DNA of 64,000 nucleotides, from contig OZ242011.1 of the NCBI GenBank assembly GCA_965204755.1, positions 2,176,001-2,240,000 of the forward strand, given 5' to 3'. A model generated the notes under the pieces. The model made no database searches. It saw only the letters and a program-made list of their open reading frames with translations, and had not been told where the DNA came from. The position numbers and the translations under genes were made by a program. Numbering within the stretch: position 1 is the stretch's first letter; each line of letters begins with the position of its first letter. This DNA comes from Candidatus Marinacidobacterium sp. (GTDB lineage: Bacteria > Acidobacteriota > Vicinamibacteria > Marinacidobacterales > Marinacidobacteraceae). Shown here piece after piece: positions 39,079-49,349 of the stretch.

Positions 39079-39411
39079 TCAGGCCTTCCCGCTCTCCGCG
39101 AGCCTCGGGCCGGCGGCGAATCCGGGTCGAGCGGGCGCCGGCGCAGGCGCCGGCGCGGAGGAGCGGCGGCGGGACCGCAGGTAGATCGCGGCGAGGGCGC
39201 CGAAGACCGCATAGGGCATCAGCAGCAGGAACAGGATCGCGCGGTTGAAGCCGGCGGCGGCCCCCGGGTTCTGCTCCAGCGCCGTCCGGCACATGGAGCA
39301 CTGGGCGGACGCGCTCTCGGGCGCCGCCAGCGCGAGCGCCGCGAGGAACGCCGCGGCGAGCAGACCGACCACGCGCGACCGCGGAAGAGTCGCGCGTCCG
39401 ACAGCGGTCAT
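39079..39411 (-). CDS. Small membrane protein with CxxC, downstream of the cox genes
   Basis: Signal-like helix, AQCSMCR, C-terminal TM helix. Confidence 0.65.
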   Translation of the reverse strand: MTAVGRATLPRSRVVGLLAAAFLAALALAAPESASAQCSMCRTALEQNPGAAAGFNRAILFLLLMPYAVFGALAAIYLRSRRRSSAPAPAPAPARPGFAAGPRLAESGKA

Positions 39412-39448
39412 CGGCGGAGCGGAGGGCGGACCCGGGTGGACGGCCCGT

Positions 39449-39751
39449 TCAGGGGAGGCTGCTGGCCAGGATGTGGAATCCGTCGTAGGCCGGGAGCACG
39501 AACATCAGGATGCTGGTCACGAACAGGCCCACGAGCACCGTCAGGATGAGGGTCTTGTGCTCGAACCGCAGGTGCATGTAGTGGAAGATGATCAGCACTG
39601 CCTTGATCCCGGACCCGAGCAGGAGCAGGACCGCCGCCAGCGCGGCCGGCAGGTTCGCTCCCTCGATCGCGATCATGAGCAGGGTGGTGGTGAGCAGCAC
39701 CGCCCACAGGATCCAGTAGAGGCGGTAGGGATGCGCGGATTCGGTGGACAA
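39449..39751 (-). CDS. Cytochrome c oxidase subunit IV
   Basis: Three TM helices, KAVLII...YMHLRFE; TTG 39751 follows GGGAGG. Confidence 0.85.
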   Translation of the reverse strand: MSTESAHPYRLYWILWAVLLTTTLLMIAIEGANLPAALAAVLLLLGSGIKAVLIIFHYMHLRFEHKTLILTVLVGLFVTSILMFVLPAYDGFHILASSLP

Positions 39752-39762
39752 GTGCGGCCTCC

Positions 39763-40368
39763 CTAGACCAGGTAGAAGAGGGCGAAGACGAAGACCCACA
39801 CCAGGTCCACGAAGTGCCAGTAGAGGCCGGCGTTCTCCACCCCGGCGGCCGAGTAGCGGCCGAGGGCGGAGCGGATCGCCACGACCAGCAGCACGGTCAC
39901 GCCGGTGAGGACATGGAAGCCGTGGAAGCCGGTGATCACGAAGAAGAACTGGCTGAACACCGGCGAGCCCCAGGGGTTCGAGTGGAGTCCGCCTCCGTCC
40001 TGGATGAAGTGGGCCCACTCGTAGGCCTGCATGCCGAGGAAGCCGAAGCCGCCGAGGATGGTCAGCCACAGGCACAGGGTCACGGTCTTCCGCCGCTCGA
40101 GTTCGGCGGCGGCCACGGCGCAGGCCATCGTCGCCGACGAACTGATCAGGACGAAGGTCATCGCCGCGATGTAGGTGAGGCTGAAGACCTCGCTCTGGAC
40201 CGGCCACGACCCGGTGGCGATGCGCACCACGCCGTAACTCACGAGGAGCCCGGCGAAGAGCAGCGCGTCGGTGACGATGAAGAACCACATCATCATCTTC
40301 TGCCAAGTCACGCCGAAGGGGCTGGCGGCGCCCCCCCAGTCGGCCCGGGCGATCGCTGTCTGACTCAT
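39763..40368 (-). CDS. Cytochrome c oxidase subunit III
   Basis: TGFHGFHV, YWHFVDLVW. Confidence 0.92.
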   Translation of the reverse strand: MSQTAIARADWGGAASPFGVTWQKMMMWFFIVTDALLFAGLLVSYGVVRIATGSWPVQSEVFSLTYIAAMTFVLISSSATMACAVAAAELERRKTVTLCLWLTILGGFGFLGMQAYEWAHFIQDGGGLHSNPWGSPVFSQFFFVITGFHGFHVLTGVTVLLVVAIRSALGRYSAAGVENAGLYWHFVDLVWVFVFALFYLV

Positions 40369-40417
40369 GGGTCCTCCCGATTCCTTCCCGAATGCGCGTT
40401 CGGCGCCGAACGGCTCG

Positions 40418-41002
40418 TTACCCCACCCAGAACAGGACGACGAGCAGGTAGAGCCACAGGCCGCCCACGAAGTGCCAGTAGATGGCGGTCAGGGTCGGCG
40501 CGTCCGATCCTCCGGGCGACAGCCGTCCGAAGACGGCCGCCCCGAAGAGCGCGAGCAGCGCCACGACGCCGGCGAAGAGGTGCGCGGCGTGCACCCCGGT
40601 CAGCACGAAGAAGAAGGAACTCTTCGGCGTGCTCTGGAGATAGAGCCCGGCCCGGTTCAGGGCGTCCCAGGAAAGGAACTGCCCGACCAGGAACGAGATG
40701 CCCAAACCGGCGGTCACCGCGCTCCATCTCCGGAACCCGGCGAGGTCGCCGGCGGCGAACGCCCGGCGGCCGACTTCCAGCGCGCCGGAACTCAGGGCGA
40801 TGAAGGCGGTGCTCAGCCACACGACGGGAGGGATCCCGATCTCCACCCAGTCCGCGCCGCCGCTCCGGACGATGTACGCGGAAGTGAACGCGGCGAACAG
40901 CATGGTGATCGCGCCGAGCCCGACGAACAGGCCCAGCCGGTTCACCTGGCGCCGGTCCGCGGCGCCTTCGGTCCGGGGCGAAAGCGCCGCCGCTTCGGCC
41001 AT
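40418..41002 (-). CDS. Second cytochrome c oxidase subunit III-like protein
   Basis: LTGVHAAHL, YWHFVGGLW; ATG overlaps the subunit I stop. Confidence 0.88.
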   Translation of the reverse strand: MAEAAALSPRTEGAADRRQVNRLGLFVGLGAITMLFAAFTSAYIVRSGGADWVEIGIPPVVWLSTAFIALSSGALEVGRRAFAAGDLAGFRRWSAVTAGLGISFLVGQFLSWDALNRAGLYLQSTPKSSFFFVLTGVHAAHLFAGVVALLALFGAAVFGRLSPGGSDAPTLTAIYWHFVGGLWLYLLVVLFWVG

Positions 41003-42729
41003 CAGGCCTCCCACTGCGGAATGTAGTCGCGCTTCGCCCCCGGCTTCGAGTAGTCGTAGGGCCAGCGGTGGGCCTCGGGTATGTCGCCCTCCCAGTTCCC
41101 GTGCCCCGGCCTCACCGGGGTGGACCACTCGAGGCCGACGGACTCCCAGGGGTTCTCATTCGCTTCGGCGCCGCGTTTCATGCTCGCGAAGTAGTTGTAC
41201 ATGAACAGGATCTGGCCGAGGAACAGGACGAAGGCCGCGAGCGTGATGAACAGGTTCACCGGCTGCAGCGGCTGCAGGAACTCGTAGACATTCGGGTCGT
41301 AGATGCGCCGCATCATCCCGGAGACGCCGAGGTAGTGCATCGGGAAGAAGACCGCGTAGTAGGCGAGGAAGGTGATCCAGAAGTGGATCTTCCCCAGCCT
41401 CTCGTTCAGCAGGCGGCCGAACATCTTGGGGTACCAGTAATAGACCGCGGCGAACGCTCCGAACAGCCCGGCGCCGGCCATGATGAAGTGGAAGTGGCCG
41501 ACGACGAAGTAGGTGTCGTGGAGTTGGATGTCCACGGAGTTCGTCCCCAGGAAGATCCCGGTGAGACCGCCGGTCACGAACAGGGAGACCACGCCCAGCG
41601 CGAACAGGCTGGCGCTGGTGAACCGGATCTTCGCCCGGGCGATGGTGAACAGCCAGTTGAAGGCCTTGACCGCCGACGGGATGGCGATGGCGAGCGTGGT
41701 CACCACGAACAGGCTGCCGAGGAACGGGCTCATCCCGCTCACGAACATGTGGTGGCCCCAGACCAGGAAACTGAGCCCGCCGATCGCCATGATCGCGTAC
41801 ACCATCGAGCGGTAGCCGAAGATCGGCCTCCGGCAGAAAGTGGCGAGGATGTCGGAAGTGAATCCCATCGCCGGCAGCATGATGATGTACACCTCGGGGT
41901 GGCCGAGGAACCAGAACAGGTGCTGCCAGAGCAGCGGCGTGCCGCCTTCGTGGGGCATCAGGGTGTCGCCGATGTAGATCCCGGCGGGAAGGAAGAAACT
42001 CGTCCCGAGCGAGCGGTCGAAGGTGAGCAGCAGCGCGCCGGCGGCGAGCGCCGGGAACGACAGCAGGCCGAGGATCCCCACGACGAACTGCGCCCAGGTG
42101 GTGAGCGGCATCCGCATCATCCGGAGCCCCTTGGTGCGCAGGTTCAGGATGGTGACCACGAAGTTGAGTCCGCCCATCGTGAACGACGCCACGAAGAAGA
42201 TCATCCCGATGAGCCACAGGGTCTGCCCGGCGTCCGAGCCGGGAATGGCGCTTCGGATGGCGGAGAGCGGCGGGTAGGCGGTCCAGCCGGAAGCCGCGGC
42301 GCCTCCTTCCACGAAGAAGGAGATGACGATGATGATCGCGCCGGGAACGACCGTCCAGAACGAGAGCATGTTCAGGAACGGGAACGCCATGTCCCGGGCG
42401 CCGATCTGCAGCGGGATGAGGAAGTTCCCGAAGCCGCTCACCGGCAGGAGCGACAGCAGGAAGAACACCATGATCGTCCCATGCATCGTGAACAGCGACA
42501 CATAGAACTCCGGCGTCATGATGCCGCCGGCCATCCCTACCGGGAACAGGTTCTCCAGGAAGGGCCAGGGACGGGAGGGGAACCCGAGTTGCAGCCGGAT
42601 CAGGACCGCCAGGATTCCACCGATGAGCCCCATCGTCATCGCCAGCGTGAAGTACTGCTTCCCGATCATCTTGTGATCGAAACTGAAGATGTACCGGCTG
42701 ATGAAGGACTGCTTGCCTCCGTGTTCCAT
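41002..42729 (-). CDS. ctaD: Cytochrome c oxidase subunit I (A1 type)
   Basis: TMHG, GHPEVY, WGHHMF, HDTYFVVGHFH, MRR; start 42729 or 42762. Confidence 0.96.
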   Translation of the reverse strand: MEHGGKQSFISRYIFSFDHKMIGKQYFTLAMTMGLIGGILAVLIRLQLGFPSRPWPFLENLFPVGMAGGIMTPEFYVSLFTMHGTIMVFFLLSLLPVSGFGNFLIPLQIGARDMAFPFLNMLSFWTVVPGAIIIVISFFVEGGAAASGWTAYPPLSAIRSAIPGSDAGQTLWLIGMIFFVASFTMGGLNFVVTILNLRTKGLRMMRMPLTTWAQFVVGILGLLSFPALAAGALLLTFDRSLGTSFFLPAGIYIGDTLMPHEGGTPLLWQHLFWFLGHPEVYIIMLPAMGFTSDILATFCRRPIFGYRSMVYAIMAIGGLSFLVWGHHMFVSGMSPFLGSLFVVTTLAIAIPSAVKAFNWLFTIARAKIRFTSASLFALGVVSLFVTGGLTGIFLGTNSVDIQLHDTYFVVGHFHFIMAGAGLFGAFAAVYYWYPKMFGRLLNERLGKIHFWITFLAYYAVFFPMHYLGVSGMMRRIYDPNVYEFLQPLQPVNLFITLAAFVLFLGQILFMYNYFASMKRGAEANENPWESVGLEWSTPVRPGHGNWEGDIPEAHRWPYDYSKPGAKRDYIPQWEA

Positions 42730-42758
42730 CGTGGTTCCTCCGGTCTGGACGCCGGTCG

Positions 42759-43667
42759 TCAACTGGCCGAAGCCGGCCCGTCGGAATCTGGGGGATTCGC
42801 CGCGGGCGCTTCCTCGTCGGAGTCCCCGTCGTCGGAATCCCCGTCATCGGCCACCGGAGGCGCCGGGGCGTTTTCCCGCTGCCACTCCAGGTAGTCCGCT
42901 TCCTCCATCACTTCGAGGAACGCCCGCATCCGGTAGTGGCCGAGGCCGCACAGTTCGGCGCAGGCGACCTCGTAACTGCCGGTCTTGACCGGCGTGAACC
43001 AGACCTCGGTCGTCATCCCGGGAACGAGGTCCTGTTTCACCCGGAAGTTGGGAAGGAACAGGGCGTGCTGCACATCCTTCGACCGCATCAGGATCCGGGC
43101 CGGACGGTTCACCGGGAGCACCAACTGGTTCGTCAGCACCCAGTCGTCGCCGGCGGCGGGGTCGCTCTCGTCGAGCCCGATCTGGTTGTCGATGGCGTAG
43201 AGCGTCGGGTCGAAACTCCCGAACTCGCCGTCGGCGCCCGGATAGTGGAAGTCCCACTGGAACTGCGCGCCGACCGCCATCACGGTGACCGCGTCGTCCG
43301 GCGCCGGCGAGCGCACCCGCTCCCAGTACGCGAGCCCGGTGAAGACGATCGGGATCAGGATGAGCCCGGTGCCGAGCGTCCAGGTCATCTCCAACTTGTG
43401 GCTCTCGTGCCAGTGGCTCGCCGCCGCGTTCGGCCGGTCGCCCCGGTAGCGGTAGATCACATAGCCGAGGACGAGTTGGTACAGGACATACGCGACCCCG
43501 GTGATGCCGAGGATCACATAGTAGAGCGTGTCCAGGTAGCCGCGGTCCGAAGCGAGTTCGGGGACGCCGTAACGGAAGAAGTAGAACACCGAAACGACGA
43601 CGATCACCCAGATCGACGCCGCCATGGCGATCCCCTGGAGGCTGCCGCCTCGCTTCTCGTCAGCCAC
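42759..43667 (-). CDS. ctaC: Cytochrome c oxidase subunit II (CuA)
   Basis: DVQH, CAELCGLGHYRM. Confidence 0.95.
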   Translation of the reverse strand: MADEKRGGSLQGIAMAASIWVIVVVSVFYFFRYGVPELASDRGYLDTLYYVILGITGVAYVLYQLVLGYVIYRYRGDRPNAAASHWHESHKLEMTWTLGTGLILIPIVFTGLAYWERVRSPAPDDAVTVMAVGAQFQWDFHYPGADGEFGSFDPTLYAIDNQIGLDESDPAAGDDWVLTNQLVLPVNRPARILMRSKDVQHALFLPNFRVKQDLVPGMTTEVWFTPVKTGSYEVACAELCGLGHYRMRAFLEVMEEADYLEWQRENAPAPPVADDGDSDDGDSDEEAPAANPPDSDGPASAS

Positions 43668-43732
43668 TTCGGTTCCTCCGGTGGGTTCTCACGCGGCCCC
43701 GCGGGCCGAGCCGGACTCCGCTTCCCCGCCTG

Positions 43733-46540
43733 TCAGCGGTCGTACTCCATGATGTAGGAAGCGACCGCGCGCATCTGCGCCATCGAGTCGCCTTCCAGGA
43801 TGTCCGGGAGGGCGGTCAGCAGGTTGCCCTCCTGGTCGGTGGGCCAGAACTGCGGCATCTGGGTGCCGGGCGTGATGGTCTGCGGATCGAGCAGCCAGTC
43901 CACGATCCACTCGTGGGTGAGCCGTTCCCCGGAGAGCCGGAAGGAGGGCGCGAGTTGCGACGCTTCCATGGTCCCGGCGGCGGAAGCGATGTGGCACCGC
44001 TCGCACTGCAGGCGGTCCAGCAGGTCGGCGCCGGCGCGAAGTTCCGCCCGGTCGTAGACGCGCTCCCCTTCCGTGTCGAACGGTTGCCCTCCGTCCATCG
44101 CCAGGAAGCCGGACACCAGGGTATTCGCCTCGTCGGCAGTGAACGGGAAGGTCGGCATCCGCGCCTCGAGCCAGAAGCGCACCTCGTCCGGCTCCCTCAG
44201 GAAGTGGTAGAGCCAGTCGGCCTGCGTCCGCTTGCCCTGGGTGTGGAGATCCGGCGGGCGCATCCCGGTGTCTTCGATCGTCTCGTAGATGCCGCCGCCG
44301 ACCCCGTCCACCAGGTGGCAGCCCCGGCAGTTGTAGTTGCGGATCAGGGCGCGGGCGTCTTCCGCCACCGCTTCGGGGCCGGAGAGCGTCTTCACCCCTT
44401 CGAGCGGGAACTCGTCGCGCACCTGGCCGAGGACATTCCGGACGATGTGCCGGCGGTCGCTGTCGGTGAAGTCGAACTGCGGCATCCGCAACTTCTCGCC
44501 CGGACTCCGGACCTTGCCCTCGTCGTAACTCCGGGGAGCGGCGATCTTCTGCTCCAGCCAAGCCTGGCGGGTGTGCGGGATGTCCACATACCCGAAGTCG
44601 AGCCGCGTGACCATCTTGGAGCCCCAGGAAGACAGGTCCACCCCGATCTTCTGCGCCTCCTCGAACCCGGCGATGTCGTGGCATCCGAAGCAGCCGTAGC
44701 GGAGGATGAGCCGCTCGCCCGAGAAGAGCAGTTTCTCTTCTTCGGACATCGCCGCGAGGCGTTCGTCCGCGAGCGCGTCCGGCAGGTTCGTCTTGAGGAA
44801 CTCCCGGGTGAGGGCGTCGAGTTCGGCGCCGTCCGCCCGGGGCGTCTCCGAAGCGGAGAACGCCTCGTTCCCGAGGCCCGTCAGGAACGCGGTGATGTCC
44901 GCGGCCTCGCCGTCGGTGAGCCGCAGGCTGGGCATGAAGGTCTCGTCCCAGTAGTGGCGGGGGTCCTTCACCCACTCGTACAGGAACCCGGCGTCCAACT
45001 TGGCGCCGGTCCCGGCGAGGGCCGGCCCGCGCCGCCGGTAGATGCTGGCCCGGTCGAACCCGGACTCGTCGAGCAGGTGGCAACCCTGGCAACCGAGGGC
45101 CGCCACGAGGGTCTCGCCCCGGGCCGCGTTCCCGCGGGGCGGGGCGGCGTACGCCCGCGCCGGCTCGGACTTCGCGAAGACATATTCGACGATCGCCGCG
45201 ACTTCGGTGTCGTTCCTGGCCTGATGGGTTTCGTCGGCGTTGTTGCCGAGATCCCAGAAGGTCGGCATCCAGGTCGAGGGACGGAAGGCCTTGGGGTTCT
45301 TCACCCAGCGGGCGGCGAAGGCCTTGTCGGTCTTGCTCGCGATCCGCTCCAGGGACGGTCCGCGCTTCCGGCGGTCTTCGTAGCCGGTCGTGTTGTGGCA
45401 CCCCCAGCAGCCGGCCAACTCGTAGGTCAGGCGGCTCTGGTTCAGGTCCCGGGCCTGGGGCAGGAAGACCTGGTCCCGGTGGCACTTGATGCAGCCCGCT
45501 TCCGTGATGTTGGCCGGGTACATCGGGCTGTCCCAGTAGTGGTCTTCCTTCCAGCCGTAGCGCTCCACCCATTCGCGCTCCTCCTCGGGAGACTCCGGGG
45601 TGTGGGTCGCGCCGCTGAAACTGAGTTTCAGACCGCGGCCCAGGTGGCAGGAGGTGCAGCCGAAGTCGTCCACCGGATGGAAGGACTCGCGGCTGACGAA
45701 GGCCTCGAGGTTCGGATGGGCGGTGAACGGCTGGGGCGCGTCCGCGTAGTCCGGGTTGTCGATCCCGAGGTGACAACTCTGGCACCGGTCTATGCGGGGC
45801 ACCTGCGCGAAGTTGAGTTCGCGGGTCACATTCCGGACGAGCACCTGCTGGACCTCGATGGACGGGTCGATGAAGTCCACGATCGGGAGGTTCCGGAAGG
45901 TGTTGGGGAAGTTGTCGGCGAGGCTGTCCAGTTTGCGCCGGGCCAGGGTCACCGCCTGCGTGAGCCGCTCCCGCTCGGAGGTCATCTCGGTGACCCGCGA
46001 ACGCAGGGCCCGGCGGGCGGCGCGCTTCTCGGTCAGTTCGTGGTCGAGGGACACCCGGGCGTCGCGGGCCTCGAAGAAACCGTTCTCCAGCGCCGTGAAC
46101 TCCTCCTCGGACACCGCCCGGCCGAGCGGCGTGCCGCGCACGCGCGTCTCCTCGAAGTAGAACTTGTCGGAGTCGTACACCGCCTTGATCTCCCGCTCGC
46201 GGATGTCGGCGAGAGTGCGTTCCTCTTCGAGTCCGGCGATCTCGGCCTCCACCGCGTCGAGCGCTCCCTGCTCCGAGGCGAGAGCGGCCTCGGCCTCGGC
46301 GAGTTCCGTCTGCACCCGCTCGAACTCCGTCCGATCGATCCCCGCCTGCGCTTCCTGCATCTGCCGCGCGGTCAGGTCCCGCTCCATCTCGACGAACTGC
46401 CGCTGGTAGGTCTTCCATTCCCGCGAGTAGTCGGCCCAGACCATCCAACCGGTGGAGAAGAGCAGGAGCACGCTGGAGGCCGCGAAGAGCACATGCAGCC
46501 GGCTGATGTCGTGCGCGTGGCCCGGCTTCACATTCGACAC
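43733..46540 (-). CDS. Membrane-anchored octaheme cytochrome c
   Basis: Eight CxxCH motifs (CQSCH, CTSCH, CIKCH, CWGCH, CQGCH, CFGCH, CRGCH, CERCH), N-terminal TM helix and coiled coil. Confidence 0.9.
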   Translation of the reverse strand: MSNVKPGHAHDISRLHVLFAASSVLLLFSTGWMVWADYSREWKTYQRQFVEMERDLTARQMQEAQAGIDRTEFERVQTELAEAEAALASEQGALDAVEAEIAGLEEERTLADIREREIKAVYDSDKFYFEETRVRGTPLGRAVSEEEFTALENGFFEARDARVSLDHELTEKRAARRALRSRVTEMTSERERLTQAVTLARRKLDSLADNFPNTFRNLPIVDFIDPSIEVQQVLVRNVTRELNFAQVPRIDRCQSCHLGIDNPDYADAPQPFTAHPNLEAFVSRESFHPVDDFGCTSCHLGRGLKLSFSGATHTPESPEEEREWVERYGWKEDHYWDSPMYPANITEAGCIKCHRDQVFLPQARDLNQSRLTYELAGCWGCHNTTGYEDRRKRGPSLERIASKTDKAFAARWVKNPKAFRPSTWMPTFWDLGNNADETHQARNDTEVAAIVEYVFAKSEPARAYAAPPRGNAARGETLVAALGCQGCHLLDESGFDRASIYRRRGPALAGTGAKLDAGFLYEWVKDPRHYWDETFMPSLRLTDGEAADITAFLTGLGNEAFSASETPRADGAELDALTREFLKTNLPDALADERLAAMSEEEKLLFSGERLILRYGCFGCHDIAGFEEAQKIGVDLSSWGSKMVTRLDFGYVDIPHTRQAWLEQKIAAPRSYDEGKVRSPGEKLRMPQFDFTDSDRRHIVRNVLGQVRDEFPLEGVKTLSGPEAVAEDARALIRNYNCRGCHLVDGVGGGIYETIEDTGMRPPDLHTQGKRTQADWLYHFLREPDEVRFWLEARMPTFPFTADEANTLVSGFLAMDGGQPFDTEGERVYDRAELRAGADLLDRLQCERCHIASAAGTMEASQLAPSFRLSGERLTHEWIVDWLLDPQTITPGTQMPQFWPTDQEGNLLTALPDILEGDSMAQMRAVASYIMEYDR

Positions 46541-46577
46541 GGGAGTTCCTCGGTTCTCGGATGGCCCTTCGACGGCG

Positions 46578-47699
46578 TCAGATGTTGAAGAAGATCTCCG
46601 GGAAGGCGACGATGTACTTCAGGTTGAACGCCCACCGCAGGTACATCTTGATGGGGAGGCTCATCATCATCAGGAACAGGCTGACACCCACATAGTAGCG
46701 GGGGGCGCCCATCTTCTCGTAGTACTTGCGGAGGCTCAGCCACTTCAGCCCGGTCGGGAAGCGTTCCTTCGGCCAGGACATCACCACGGGAAGCGCGAAC
46801 ACATAGGCCCCCACCAGGAGGACGCCCAACCACTCCCTCATGAGCGCGGCGGCGAATCCGCCGGAAGGCAACGGCCGCCCGAGCAGTTTCACCCAGAAGA
46901 AGTCGGAGACATTGACATTCAGGAGCGGCTCGACCCGGTGCACATCCCAGTACTCGTAGGGGCCGAAGAAGTTCCAGTTCGGCCCCCTCAGGAAGGTGCC
47001 GGAGATCACCAGCAGGCTCCAGAGGATCAAGAAGCCGTAGAGGAAGACCACGATCTCCGCCTTGCGCTCGCGGAAGGTGTAGTAGCCGTTGCCCTTCGGG
47101 TTCGTGTCGATGTAGGGGATCGCGATCAGCCCCACGATGATGAGCGTCGGATAGACCACGCCCGCGAGCCAGGGGTCGAAATAGACCAGCATCTCCTGGA
47201 GCCCGAGGAAGTACCAAGGCGCCTTCGAGGGGTTCGGGGAGTCCGCCGGGTTGGCCGGCTGTTCGAGCGGCGCCGCCGCCAGGATGGACCACACCAGCAG
47301 CACGATGCTGAGCAGCACCATCGCCAGCATCTCGGTGTACACCAGGTCCGGCCACACCCAGACCTTCCCGGACTCCTTCTTCTCGAGGACTTCGCCGCCC
47401 CCCCCGCTCCGCTCGTCGTTGCGGGTTCCTTGGTACATCGCGAACCAGGTGAAGAAGAGGACCAGGAACAGGACGCCGGTGATCGGCACATTGTCCGGTT
47501 TGGCGACGATCAGGAAGAAGTTCGGATCCCACATGCTCGCCACATAGAACACGGCGAGGACGGCGAAGAAGATCCGGGCGGAGGTGAGGCTCCAGACCTG
47601 GGTGAACCGGAATGCGGCCAGCAGGCCCACGGTGGTGATCGTGAACAGCACGGTGGGCCCGGAGGCCCAGTTCACGAGGTCCCGGAAGAGGTCGAGCAC
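46578..47699 (-). CDS. Cytochrome b C-terminal subunit (subunit IV-like) with extra TM helices
   Basis: VWPDL, ANPADSPNPSKAPWYFLG (PEWY equivalent). Confidence 0.85.
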   Translation of the reverse strand: MLDLFRDLVNWASGPTVLFTITTVGLLAAFRFTQVWSLTSARIFFAVLAVFYVASMWDPNFFLIVAKPDNVPITGVLFLVLFFTWFAMYQGTRNDERSGGGGEVLEKKESGKVWVWPDLVYTEMLAMVLLSIVLLVWSILAAAPLEQPANPADSPNPSKAPWYFLGLQEMLVYFDPWLAGVVYPTLIIVGLIAIPYIDTNPKGNGYYTFRERKAEIVVFLYGFLILWSLLVISGTFLRGPNWNFFGPYEYWDVHRVEPLLNVNVSDFFWVKLLGRPLPSGGFAAALMREWLGVLLVGAYVFALPVVMSWPKERFPTGLKWLSLRKYYEKMGAPRYYVGVSLFLMMMSLPIKMYLRWAFNLKYIVAFPEIFFNI

Positions 47700-47756
47700 G
47701 CGGCTGCGGTGGGTCTTCGGCGGGTCGCTGAGCGGTTTTCGGACGGATCTCCCCGG

Positions 47757-48557
47757 CTACATCGGGCCGGAGATTCCCCCGTCCTTCCGCACGCGCCAGA
47801 AATGCACCGCCATGAGCACGGCGGCGATGAGCGGGAGCCCGACGCAGTGGAGCACATAGAAGCGCAGCAGCGTCGGTTGGCCGACGGACTGCGCGCCGAG
47901 CAGCGCGAAACGCGCGTCGTTGCCGGCGTTGATCAGGTTGATGTCCCCGAGCGTGAGCGACGCCGAGAGCGGCCCCTCCGTGCCGAGCAGCGGCGTCGCC
48001 CGCGCCATGTTGGAGCCCACGGTGATCGCCCAGATCGCCAGTTGGTCCCACGGCAGCAGGTAGCCGGTGAACGACAGGAGCATGGTGAGCACCAGGAGCA
48101 CGACGCCGACTCCCCAGTTGAACTCGCGCGGCGGCTTGTACGAGCCGGTCATGAACACCCGCAGCATGTGGAGCCAGACGGTGATCACCATCGCGTGGGC
48201 GCCCCAGCGATGGAGTTCCCGCATGATGCCGAGCGGCACATGCTCCTGGAGGTCCACGATGTCCGCGTACGCGTATTCCACCGTGGGCCGGTAGTAGAAC
48301 ATGAGGAGCAGCCCGGTGAAGGTCAGGACCAGGAACAGGAAGAAGGTGATCCCGCCCATGCACCAGGTGTAGCGCAGTTTGATGCCGGCTTTGCGCGACT
48401 TGACCGGGTGCAGGTGCAAGAACACATTGCTCATCATCACCAGCGCCCGGTTCCGGTTGCTGACCGGCTTTCCGTGGCGGAAGACGGACGACCAGATCTG
48501 CGAGTCCGTCGCTTCTTTCCACGCGGCGCCCAAGGCGTCCGTGATTCGTTTCAGCAC
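47757..48557 (-). CDS. Cytochrome b N-terminal (b6-like) subunit
   Basis: WCMGG, HRWGAH...[19 protein letters not shown]...HF. Confidence 0.93.
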   Translation of the reverse strand: MLKRITDALGAAWKEATDSQIWSSVFRHGKPVSNRNRALVMMSNVFLHLHPVKSRKAGIKLRYTWCMGGITFFLFLVLTFTGLLLMFYYRPTVEYAYADIVDLQEHVPLGIMRELHRWGAHAMVITVWLHMLRVFMTGSYKPPREFNWGVGVVLLVLTMLLSFTGYLLPWDQLAIWAITVGSNMARATPLLGTEGPLSASLTLGDINLINAGNDARFALLGAQSVGQPTLLRFYVLHCVGLPLIAAVLMAVHFWRVRKDGGISGPM

Positions 48558-48582
48558 TCTCTCGCCTTGCGGTTCGCGCCGA

Positions 48583-49230
48583 CTAGATCAGCGGGAGGAA
48601 GGAGGCCGGGTCCTCCCATTGGCCGGCTTCGAACTTGAACAGCCGCGACTTGTCGATCAGGAGTTGTCCGTCGTCGGCCAGACCGACTCCCACCCGCTCG
48701 AGCGGACGGGGCGCCGGCCCTTCGAAGTTGATTCCGGTGGCGTAGAAGCCGCTCCCGTGGCAGGGGCACTTGAACTTCGCTTCCGCTTCCAGCCAGTTGG
48801 GAGTGCAGCCCAAGTGGGTGCAGATCGTCGAGAGGGCGTAGATCTTCTCCTCGTCGCGGACGATCCAGACCTGGTAGCGCTCCTTGAAGCGGGTGTCCAC
48901 CACGCCGATGGCGAAGTCGTCGGGGAGGCCGGCCTTGAAGGTGGACGGCGGCTCCGTCAGCACATTGGGGAAGAGGAACCGCCCGACCGCGGTCAAGCCG
49001 AGCGCCATGGCGCCGGTGAACACCCCCCACGCCACGGCGAGGAACGGGAATTCCCGCCGGGTGACCTTCTTCGCGGCGGGCTTGGCGCCCGGTTTACCGG
49101 CCGCGGGCTTCGCCGCCGCGGCTGCGCCGGGCTTGGCCCCCACGGCGCCGGCGGCCTTCTCCGCGGGCGCTGCGGCCTTCGGCGCCGCCTCCGACCCGGA
49201 GGCCGAAGAGGGGTTCGGAGCGTCCGGCAT
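48583..49230 (-). CDS. Rieske [2Fe-2S] subunit
   Basis: Tat-like TRREF, CTHLGC, CPCHGS, GPAPRPL. Confidence 0.93.
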   Translation of the reverse strand: MPDAPNPSSASGSEAAPKAAAPAEKAAGAVGAKPGAAAAAKPAAGKPGAKPAAKKVTRREFPFLAVAWGVFTGAMALGLTAVGRFLFPNVLTEPPSTFKAGLPDDFAIGVVDTRFKERYQVWIVRDEEKIYALSTICTHLGCTPNWLEAEAKFKCPCHGSGFYATGINFEGPAPRPLERVGVGLADDGQLLIDKSRLFKFEAGQWEDPASFLPLI

Positions 49231-49349
49231 GATCGAGAAGGATCCGGCCGGCCAGAGCGCCGGCGGGCCGCCGATTTTACCCAACTCCCCGCCGTTCCGG
49301 TACCCGGCGGCCGGAGCGGAACCCGGTCGGTCCGCCCGGCGCCCGGGGG

